NCBI GenBank assembly: GCA_044347345.1
Contig: JBIKUX010000031.1
Location: 1 to 20,423 of the forward strand
Origin: Bdellovibrionota bacterium
Lineage (GTDB): Bacteria > Bdellovibrionota_C > UBA2361 > JBIKUX01
DNA: 20,423 nucleotides
Direction: 5' to 3'
The notes under the pieces were generated by a model. The model did not search any database. It had not been told where the DNA came from and was given only the letters and a program-made list of their open reading frames with translations. Both the position numbers and the translations under genes were made by a program. This document shows, piece after piece, positions 1 to 7,386 of this stretch (positions are counted from its first letter, which is position 1; each line of letters begins with the position of its first letter).

Positions 1-123
1 GAAATCAGTCTTAGACTACTTGACACTGTTGCTAATATCGGAGGACTACAAGTAGCGAACGCACTACGTGGATTAATTCAAACAGAGATTGAAGAAATGA
101 AAAACAAACTTAACGGTAAATGA
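1..123 (+). CDS. 3' end of a gene truncated by the window edge (EISLRLLDTVANIGGLQVANALRGLIQTEIEEMKNKLNGK*), product unknown
   Basis: Frame 1 is open from base 1 to TGA at 121-123, followed by TAA and an AT-rich intergenic region; helical-looking peptide; my own translation. Confidence 0.6.
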   Translation, partial: EISLRLLDTVANIGGLQVANALRGLIQTEIEEMKNKLNGK

Positions 124-324
124 TAAGAGACCCTAACAATAGTTTTAACAACTTACCAGCTAAAAAACATTTTCTTAGTAATTAAGCTATATGCTTTACT
201 TATTTTTGAGAGCTGTCGACGAATCAAAAAATAGTAAGAGCGGTTAACCACTCCTCAACTAACTATTTACAAAAGGTCAATTATAAATAAAAGTGCATGC
301 ATTTGAGTTTACCTTAGAGAAGGC

Positions 325-353
325 TTGACAGAGTGTGATAAAATTTTGATCAT
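325..353 (+). promoter_or_regulatory. Putative sigma70 promoter for the hemolysin-family gene
   Basis: Perfect TTGACA at 325-330, 17-bp spacer, GATCAT (4/6 match to TATAAT) at 348-353. Confidence 0.45.
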
Positions 354-376
354 TATGTTTGGTAACTTGAGAATTA

Positions 377-402
377 TTAGTGGACAAAATTTTTAGTGGA
401 CA
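377..402. repeat. 10-bp direct repeat TTAGTGGACA x2 (period 16)
   Basis: Exact copies at 377-386 and 393-402. Confidence 0.8.
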
Positions 403-533
403 GTGACCCCCCTAGTTTATATTTGCAAAAAGCCAAGTACTTTAGGTGCCTTAAACTACCGAATGGTATAAGCAGGCTAGTTTATGCAAGCCCGTTAATG
501 TCGGTGCACTAAAGTGAAGAGGGTACAAAGTCA

Positions 534-2210
534 ATGACTTGGTCAATCGCTGCAGGCATCGCTGTAGTATTATTTTTAGTATTAGCTAACTTTTACTTCG
601 TTGCAGCCGAATTTGCGATGGTTCGCAGTAGGCCAACAAAATTAAAAGCGCCTGAAGAATCTGGCCGATTTGGCACTCGGTCATCCTTAAAACTCATAGA
701 CGATTTAGACTCAAGCCTTTCAGCTATTCAGCTGGGTATAACCGTAGTTAGCTTAATTTTAGGTTGGTACGGTGAGGCCATATTTGCTCAGATGTTTTTA
801 AATCTGTTCAATTTTTTTGGTCATTCTGATGAATTAGCCTGGGCCTTAATATTCTCACACGGCGCAGCCACTACTCTAGCGTTATGTGTAGTGACTTTTT
901 TACATGTTGTGATCGGTGAGTTAGCCGCAAAATCCTTAGCTATACGGTATCCCGAGGCAACACTCAGAGCACTAGCGCCTTTGATGGTATTTCTGACTAA
1001 AATTTGCCGACCCCTTATCTTCATCCTTAATGGAGCCGCAAATTTATTTCTTTCTATTTTTGGACTTCGCACAGTTGCTGAAAGTGAAAGGGTGCTAAGT
1101 TCTCACGAATTAGCAATGTTGGTGGCTCACAGTTCACAGTACGGGATGCTCGATAAAAATGAAGAAGAGATGCTTAAGGGTATCTTTACTTTTTCTGAAA
1201 CTGTAGCCAGAGAGGTAATGACTCCTCGCACTGACCTCATTACAGTTCCAATCAATGCCTCTTTTCAACAAGTAGTAACTATTGTATCCAGCTCTGGTTT
1301 TTCTAGATTTCCTGTAATCGGTACTGGCACTGATGACGTAAAGGGTCTTCTTCTGGCTCGGGATATCATTGGCGTACTTCAGCAACGCGGTATTTTATCA
1401 GCTCAAGAAAACTTTGAAGTAAAGCGTATAATGCGAAAAGCTTTTTTTGTGCCAGGAACCAAGCCCATTGACGATCTTCTTACGGAGCTACGGTCACAGA
1501 ATGTACACATGGCTGTCGTACTCGATGAGCACGGCGGTATAGACGGAGTAGTAACTCTTGAGGATATAATTGAAGAGATAGTCGGTGAAATTTTTGATGA
1601 ATCGGACCGACTCGAGCTAGACATAGTCGTGGAAGCTGACGGAGACTCTCTAGTAGACGGCGGAGTATTAGTCTCAGATTTTAATGAAAAATTATCTCTT
1701 AGTATCGCCGAGGGCGATTATGATACCATCGCTGGTTTTATATTCGCGGCGCTAGGTCGTGTGGCTATCTCAGGTGATTCCATACTAATCAACCGTAATG
1801 GCTTAGTTCTAGAAATAAATGGTATTCACATTCACCCAAATAACGTTGGGGCAAATGAAGAAGAAGAGCTAAACAGCACTGAGAATTTATCTGTTTTATC
1901 AAAACAAAAAAAGGTTAGAATCACCGTTCAAGAGGTAGAGGGTAATCGTATTCATCTCATAAGAGTACATCCGATTGAGGATAAGGAGAGTATAAATAGC
2001 GACAATACATCTATTGAGCAAGTCGAACTAAAACAAGATCCTCCCTCAAATGAAAGCTCAAATGAAGCCAACGATATGAGTGAATCAGTTAAACCTGAAC
2101 TAGATGATTTATCTGCTAGTAGCAAAGTAACTGAAGAACTACCTGAAAATTCTTCTTCCCAAGAAAACGAAATTGGAGAGCAATCTCTGAAAAAATCTCT
2201 CACTGCTTAG
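534..2210 (+). CDS. Hemolysin-family / HlyC-CorC transporter (CNNM/DUF21 TM domain, CBS pair, CorC_HlyC domain), probably Mg2+/divalent cation homeostasis
   Basis: N-terminal 'ANFYFVAAEFAMV', 'IQLGITVVSLILGW', 'HVVIGELAAKSLA'; CBS motifs 'AREVMTPRTD', 'FSRFPV', 'HMAVVLDEHGGIDGVVTLEDIIEEIVGEIFDESD'; CorC 'DYDTIAGFI'. SD-like GAAGAGGG at 516-523. Confidence 0.93.
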   Translation: MTWSIAAGIAVVLFLVLANFYFVAAEFAMVRSRPTKLKAPEESGRFGTRSSLKLIDDLDSSLSAIQLGITVVSLILGWYGEAIFAQMFLNLFNFFGHSDELAWALIFSHGAATTLALCVVTFLHVVIGELAAKSLAIRYPEATLRALAPLMVFLTKICRPLIFILNGAANLFLSIFGLRTVAESERVLSSHELAMLVAHSSQYGMLDKNEEEMLKGIFTFSETVAREVMTPRTDLITVPINASFQQVVTIVSSSGFSRFPVIGTGTDDVKGLLLARDIIGVLQQRGILSAQENFEVKRIMRKAFFVPGTKPIDDLLTELRSQNVHMAVVLDEHGGIDGVVTLEDIIEEIVGEIFDESDRLELDIVVEADGDSLVDGGVLVSDFNEKLSLSIAEGDYDTIAGFIFAALGRVAISGDSILINRNGLVLEINGIHIHPNNVGANEEEELNSTENLSVLSKQKKVRITVQEVEGNRIHLIRVHPIEDKESINSDNTSIEQVELKQDPPSNESSNEANDMSESVKPELDDLSASSKVTEELPENSSSQENEIGEQSLKKSLTA

Positions 2211-2304
2211 CGCTAGCTTTACTGCTCTCGCATCATTCTCCCTAGCTGGCTGCAACGAGTCGTTTTGTATCGTATTTTATTGCGTCGCACTACCAACTAT
2301 GAAG

Positions 2305-2331
2305 AAAACATACAAGTAGTATGATTTTTTT
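2305..2331 (+). terminator. Weak possible intrinsic terminator between convergent genes
   Basis: CATAC-aagta-GTATG hairpin (2309-2323) with an A-run on the left and a T-run on the right; the stem is short. Confidence 0.3.
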
Positions 2332-2355
2332 GAGGAGTTTTTCGCAATGAATTTT

Positions 2356-3285
2356 TTAAGCTGTAGGGGAGTCTACAGTATGCTTCCAAGCGTGATAACT
2401 ACTTCGCACTAGAGGTCCAGACTCTACATACCGAAATCCTCGTGCAAGACCTTCTTTCTCTAAGAATTTAAATTCATCTGGAGTAACATAACGTCGCACG
2501 GGAGCCTGACGCTCAGATGGACGCAAATATTGGCCAATAGTCATTATATCTACAAATGCATCTCTCAAATCATCCATAAGAGATAAAACTTCTTCTACGG
2601 ATTCGCCTAAGCCTACCATGATACCAGACTTTGTGAGGCATGATTTATCTGCCTCCTTAGCCCATCTTAGGATGGAGAGAGAACGAATGTAACCAGCACC
2701 TGGTCTCACCTTACGATATAAGCGAGGAACAGTTTCTATATTATGATTTAGTACATCTATGCCACTTGCCATAATTGTTTCGAGATCTTTTCTCGAACCT
2801 TGCAAATCCGGTATTAGTAATTCTATCCGACACTTTGGAGCATGATGTTTGATAGCTTCAACTGTTTTAACAAAGTGCCTAGCCCCATTATCAGTGTAAT
2901 CATCTCTATCTACAGATGTAATTACTGCATGAGTTAACTTGAGCTCCTTAACTGCGATACCTACCCTCTCTGGTTCAAAAGGATCAAGAGGCTGTAAGGT
3001 ATCGTTATCACCCTTCTTTACAGCACAAAAATGACATTTGCGAGTACACAAATCTCCCATTATCATGAAGGTAGCTGTATGATGCGACCAGCATTCTCCA
3101 ATATTAGGACACCTCGCCTCTTCACAAACTGTGTGGAGACTTAAATTTTTTACAATATCTTTTGTTTCGAGATAAGTTGGGGAGCCAGGTGCCTTAACCT
3201 TTAGCCAACTGGGTTTTGAAGAATTACTCCCAGCCCGTTCTGTCCCATTTACTGTTTGATTAGTTGGTGTAGTAGAGTTGTCCAT
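2356..3285 (-). CDS. lipA: Lipoyl synthase (radical SAM)
   Basis: 'KPSWLKV', auxiliary cluster motif 'CEEARCPNIGECW', radical SAM 'CTRKCHFC', 'NHNIETVPRL', C-terminal 'VRSSYHA'. Confidence 0.98.
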   Translation of the reverse strand: MDNSTTPTNQTVNGTERAGSNSSKPSWLKVKAPGSPTYLETKDIVKNLSLHTVCEEARCPNIGECWSHHTATFMIMGDLCTRKCHFCAVKKGDNDTLQPLDPFEPERVGIAVKELKLTHAVITSVDRDDYTDNGARHFVKTVEAIKHHAPKCRIELLIPDLQGSRKDLETIMASGIDVLNHNIETVPRLYRKVRPGAGYIRSLSILRWAKEADKSCLTKSGIMVGLGESVEEVLSLMDDLRDAFVDIMTIGQYLRPSERQAPVRRYVTPDEFKFLEKEGLARGFRYVESGPLVRSSYHAWKHTVDSPTA

Positions 3286-3314
3286 AGATTAAATTCTCAA
3301 TCTCAATCGATGTT

Positions 3315-4805
3315 TTACGATATGAGAAGTAATGCCGGATTCTCAAGATATCTTTTCAAAGTCTTCATAAAAGTCCCCGCAGTCACGCCATCAATAATTC
3401 TATGATCAACGGAAAGCGTTAATCGAAGAAGCTTACCTATTTTGATAGTGCCATTATCCACTACTGGTTCTTCCTTAATTGAACTAACAGCTAAAATACC
3501 TCCCTGCCCTGGATTAATTATGGCTGTGAAGCTCTCAACATCAAACATGCCCATGTTAGAAATACTAAAAGTCCCGCCAGATAGGTCAGCACCACTGGGC
3601 CGACCTGAGCGAGCCCTATCTACCAAAGCTCGTGATTCATAAACAATATCTGCTAAAGGCAGTTCATTAACGTTGTGTAATACGGGGATAAGTAAACCAC
3701 CTTCGATAGCAGTGATAATGCCGATATTTATCTGATCTGGAACAAATAACTTATCTTCTTTCATCGAGCTATTTACATCAGGTACCTCTTTTAGAGAGGA
3801 CGCTGTAGCTTTAATAACTAAATGATTAACGCTTAGTCCCTTAAATCTCTCTTGCTCTTTTAATAAAATCCTGAGTTTCTCAGCCTCATCCATACGCACC
3901 GTAGTGGTGAGATAAAAGTGTGGTGATTGCTGAACGCTCTCTTGCATGCGTCTAGCAATAGTTGCCCGCATTTTAGAAAGCTCAACAAAACGACCGCCCT
4001 GAGCTTTTTTCATACCTGAGTCAGATATACCTGAATCAAATGGTACCGTAGACTGAGCAACTACTTGCTTTACCTCACTTGTTGGATTTTCGATAACCCT
4101 ATTGCCACGAGATACATCACTAATAGTAGCAGCGTTACTGCTTCTTAGAGAGGCGGCTAACATTCCTGCCTCTGATATATTAAGACCTTCTTCTAATCTA
4201 CTGCTACTACTACTTTCCCTAACCGTCGTGCCAACCTTATCTCCATCAAAAGGTTGAGTAGGACTCTTTAAATCACGCTTAACTATCCGACCCTGCGGAC
4301 CAGTCCCTACTACCTTGGTGAGATCTATATTTTGCTCTTCCGCAAGCCTTCTGGCTAATGGAGACACCTTGACCCGCTCAGTTAATTCTTCAGAAGAATT
4401 CTTAACTGTATCTGAGTTAGTATATCCATTTAACGGGCTGTCTTTACCATTATGGTCAGGAGAACCACTATTAGGTTTATTAACAGCAGTCAAAAATTGT
4501 GTTGATTGAGCTTGATCAGACGAAGATGACCCTAAAGAAGATCCTAAAGAAGATTTTGGCTGCTCGTTCGGTTCTCCAATTACTGCAATTACATCACCCA
4601 CTCGGGCTACGTTACCGGCGGCAGTGATAATTTTTAATAAAACACCAGAGTAAAAAGCCTCAATCTCTAAGTTTGCCTTATCTGTCTCGACCTCAGCGAG
4701 AATATCCCCTCTCCGAACCGTATCTCCTTCGGAAACTCGCCACTCAACGATTTTACCGTCGTTCATCGTATCGCTTAATTGGGGCATCCGTATCTCTTCA
4801 GCCAT
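3315..4805 (-). CDS. pdhC: Dihydrolipoamide acetyltransferase (E2) of the pyruvate dehydrogenase complex, single lipoyl domain
   Basis: Lipoyl domain 'MPQLSDTM...EVETDKA', E3-binding domain 'VSPLARRLAEEQNIDL...GTGPQGRIVKRD', catalytic 'GGTFSISNMGMF' and 'DHRIIDG'; AGGA SD upstream. Pyruvate specificity is inferred from the MPxLSxTM lipoyl type. Confidence 0.9.
   Translation of the reverse strand: MAEEIRMPQLSDTMNDGKIVEWRVSEGDTVRRGDILAEVETDKANLEIEAFYSGVLLKIITAAGNVARVGDVIAVIGEPNEQPKSSLGSSLGSSSSDQAQSTQFLTAVNKPNSGSPDHNGKDSPLNGYTNSDTVKNSSEELTERVKVSPLARRLAEEQNIDLTKVVGTGPQGRIVKRDLKSPTQPFDGDKVGTTVRESSSSSRLEEGLNISEAGMLAASLRSSNAATISDVSRGNRVIENPTSEVKQVVAQSTVPFDSGISDSGMKKAQGGRFVELSKMRATIARRMQESVQQSPHFYLTTTVRMDEAEKLRILLKEQERFKGLSVNHLVIKATASSLKEVPDVNSSMKEDKLFVPDQINIGIITAIEGGLLIPVLHNVNELPLADIVYESRALVDRARSGRPSGADLSGGTFSISNMGMFDVESFTAIINPGQGGILAVSSIKEEPVVDNGTIKIGKLLRLTLSVDHRIIDGVTAGTFMKTLKRYLENPALLLIS
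4531..4554. repeat. Perfect 12-bp tandem duplication (CCTAAAGAAGAT x2) in the E2 linker, within the SSLGSSLG repeat
   Basis: Read directly at 4531-4542 and 4543-4554. Confidence 0.85.
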
Positions 4806-4816
4806 TGTAAATCCTG

Positions 4817-5482
4817 CTAAGCCTTACCTTTTCCACTTTGGTAAAGATACGTTATTTTGCGATTACTCTCAATCATATGAAATTCATTAGATCTCTGGGT
4901 TATTAGATCTCTCTGGACTAATTGAGCTATCAGCAACGATAAACTAGCCACATACCAAATAATTTTCTTTACTCCACATACTTCAATACTTCCCCAAGCG
5001 ACTAGGCGAGCAGATACCAACCCAAGGATGAGTATAAAGTTTATATAATCTAAGCTTGGAGTTTTTAAAGATACAGAAGTAGATTCTAGTAGCTTATCTA
5101 TTTCTTGACTTAAAACTTTTTTGTACCCAAAAAATAATAAACAAAAACTCACTACTAAAAGCAGGGGAAACTTATAAAGTCTAATTGTAAGCTCTAACAC
5201 AGAAATTAATCCCATTAGAACGATTGTACACTTCAAGATAAATTTAGCTCGATGCCTATCCACATCAATTTGCGGCAAGAATTTATGGTTAATAAAACTT
5301 ATCCACATCTCTCTGAAAGCACACATCACACTAATGAGAGTAGCTATTAAAATGAAAGGAGCTAAACTATCAGAGGGAACTATAAAACCGATAAATTTTA
5401 ATAAGATAATATCAAGTGCATAAGAAGCCACAAGCAGAGCAACCACACTTTGGTTATACTGAGAACGGCAACCGCTAATCAT
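4817..5482 (-). CDS. Hypothetical multi-pass membrane protein, start uncertain (TTG 5494, ATG 5482 or further downstream)
   Basis: Long ORF with several hydrophobic segments; its stop lies 11 nt before the pdhC start, suggesting an operon; no family recognised. Confidence 0.6.
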   Translation of the reverse strand: MISGCRSQYNQSVVALLVASYALDIILLKFIGFIVPSDSLAPFILIATLISVMCAFREMWISFINHKFLPQIDVDRHRAKFILKCTIVLMGLISVLELTIRLYKFPLLLVVSFCLLFFGYKKVLSQEIDKLLESTSVSLKTPSLDYINFILILGLVSARLVAWGSIEVCGVKKIIWYVASLSLLIAQLVQRDLITQRSNEFHMIESNRKITYLYQSGKGKA

Positions 5483-5493
5483 GGTGACACTCA

Positions 5494-6975
5494 ATGAATA
5501 AAACCTCTTCTTTCACTTCTCTTCACAAAGTAACTCCCATGTTAGATGCAGCTCAGCCGCCACTCTCTGTCTCTGAGCTTACTACACTCTTAAACAACAC
5601 GCTTGAACAGAAAGTAGGCATGGTTTCATTTCAAGGAGAAGTAAGCCAGATTACACGAGCTAATTCAGGGCATCTATATTTTTCAATCAAAGACCCAAAT
5701 TCAGAGCGAGGTAATCAGCTCCCAGCTGTTCTATGGAAGAACGTTGTTAATACGCTCACCTTTAAGCTTGAAGAAGGAATTGCCGTAATTTGTCGCGGAA
5801 AGCCTAACGTTTATTTAGTAAATGGACGTCTTCAAATGTTGGTGTACGAAATTATTCCAGCTGGAGATGGATTACTTAAACAAAAATTTGAAATACTAAA
5901 AAATCTACTTGCCTCAGAAGGACTTTTTACCACTGAGCGAAAACGTCCTCTCCCTTTCTTTCCTAAAGTAATTGGCGTAGTAACCTCAGCAACAGGAGCA
6001 GCGCTTCAAGATATTATCGCAAAACTTGAAGAACGAATGCCTTCTATTAAAGTTTATCTTGCAGGAGCGCGAGTCCAAGGTGAGGGAGCAGCTCAAGAAA
6101 TTGCTAGTTCTATCAAATTACTATCTCAAATAGAGGCTATAGAAGTAATAATCGTGGCTCGTGGCGGAGGCTCTTTGCAAGACCTTTGGGCTTTTAATGA
6201 AGAAGTGGTAGTGCGTGCAATATTTGCCTCAAGAGTACCAGTTGTTTCAGGTGTAGGGCATGAAGTTGACGTTACCTTAAGTGATCTTGTAGCTGATTAC
6301 CGCGCACCTACTCCAACTGCAGCAGCTGAAGTAGTCGTACCAGATGCAAAAGAACTTAGCTTAACTCTAAACTCTCTCACTAAAAGACTTTTTAGTATTG
6401 AACGTAATCTAAGCTCAGCTGAACAATCTCTTGATGAAATTTCTCTACGGGCAGAGGTAGCAATTAAAGGATACTTCTCTCTTCTTCGTGCTCATTTTAA
6501 AGTTGGGATCAGCCGTATTAATAGTCTCAAACCCTCAACCATTCTCTTATCACTTTTAGACAAAATTAACTTTTATGAAGGTAATTTAAACACCCAATTT
6601 TTGAATATATCACTACAAAATCGCGAGATACTTAATAATCTTAATAGTAAACTCAAATACTCATCTATTCCAATGAAACTCAAACTTTATAATGAGCGGC
6701 TAATTCACAGCTCTATTCGCTTAAAACAAGGTCTAGATCGCACTATGTCCAAGCATCACGAGACAATAAGTTATTTTGAACAAACTCTCTCGGCAATATC
6801 TCCTCATCGAGTTATAGAGAGAGGGTACGCTCTTATCCTCAAAAAGGGTAAGGTAGTTAGCGATGTAAACTCACTAGATAATGGAGAAGAAATTGAAGCC
6901 AAACTCTCAAACGGACAAATCACAGCAACAGTAAGTAATATTTTACCCAACCCACAGTGCCCAAAAAATTACTGA
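5494..6975 (+). CDS. xseA: Exodeoxyribonuclease VII large subunit (alternative start ATG 5539)
   Basis: 'LSVSELT', OB fold 'GEVSQ...SGHLYFSIKD', 'IGVVTSATGAALQDI', 'RGGGSLQDLWAFNEE', 'SGVGHEVDVTLSDLVADYRAPTPTAAAE', 'SPHRVIERGYA'. Confidence 0.98.
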   Translation: MNKTSSFTSLHKVTPMLDAAQPPLSVSELTTLLNNTLEQKVGMVSFQGEVSQITRANSGHLYFSIKDPNSERGNQLPAVLWKNVVNTLTFKLEEGIAVICRGKPNVYLVNGRLQMLVYEIIPAGDGLLKQKFEILKNLLASEGLFTTERKRPLPFFPKVIGVVTSATGAALQDIIAKLEERMPSIKVYLAGARVQGEGAAQEIASSIKLLSQIEAIEVIIVARGGGSLQDLWAFNEEVVVRAIFASRVPVVSGVGHEVDVTLSDLVADYRAPTPTAAAEVVVPDAKELSLTLNSLTKRLFSIERNLSSAEQSLDEISLRAEVAIKGYFSLLRAHFKVGISRINSLKPSTILLSLLDKINFYEGNLNTQFLNISLQNREILNNLNSKLKYSSIPMKLKLYNERLIHSSIRLKQGLDRTMSKHHETISYFEQTLSAISPHRVIERGYALILKKGKVVSDVNSLDNGEEIEAKLSNGQITATVSNILPNPQCPKNY

Positions 6976-7035
6976 TAAACAAATCAATATAAATAAAATA
7001 GTAGTAACTGTTACATTTAAAACTAAAAAAATATT

Positions 7036-7332
7036 ATGGACTCTAAAAAAACACTTTCAGTCGATTATTTACTTGGTTTATCAGAGGGCGACCTACAAGA
7101 ATTGCTCATCAGTATCACTTTTGAACAAGGACTCGCTCTTTTGGAGCAGCTTGTTCAAAAGGTCGAATCAGGACAACTTCCTCTTGAGGTAGCCGTTACC
7201 TCTTATGAAAAAGGTGTTGCTGTAGCAAATAGACTTCGTGCTCTTCTACACCAAGCAGAAGAACGAGTGAGAATGGTCACTGTTTCAGAAGGAGGAGTAG
7301 CTCTAGCTAGTATTTCTAATACTACTTCATAG
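7036..7332 (+). CDS. xseB: Exodeoxyribonuclease VII small subunit, with an N-terminal extension
   Basis: 'TFEQGLALLEQLVQKVESGQLPLEVAVTSYEKG...LHQAEERV' fits the XseB pattern; directly downstream of xseA. Confidence 0.9.
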   Translation: MDSKKTLSVDYLLGLSEGDLQELLISITFEQGLALLEQLVQKVESGQLPLEVAVTSYEKGVAVANRLRALLHQAEERVRMVTVSEGGVALASISNTTS

Positions 7333-7386
7333 GGTATACAAAATATTATTTTGTCAGGTTTTTTAGTACTAGTTAAACCGATAACA

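Noticed and set aside
377-412. TTAGTGGACA/TGACCCC resembling an IS3-family terminal repeat
   Set aside because: No transposase, no matching inverted partner seen, and the element order does not fit an IS end.
441-520. M-box (ykoK) or yybP-ykoY riboswitch, suggested by TTAGGTG...CTAAAG upstream of a metal transporter
   Set aside because: Too short and lacks the M-box core (GTTAGGTGAGGCTCCT) and the yybP GGGGAGTAG motif. Kept only as an unassigned structured leader.
821-2203. Four short minus-strand ORFs within the hemolysin-family gene
   Set aside because: Fully overlap a confident CDS and look like shadows. The same applies to ORFs at 3442, 4315, 13755, 14229, 14711, 15532, 16309, 16666 and 19426.
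7028-7349. AAAATATTAT direct repeat flanking xseB as a possible insertion scar
   Set aside because: A pure A/T 10-mer in AT-rich DNA; xseB is in its normal position after xseA.
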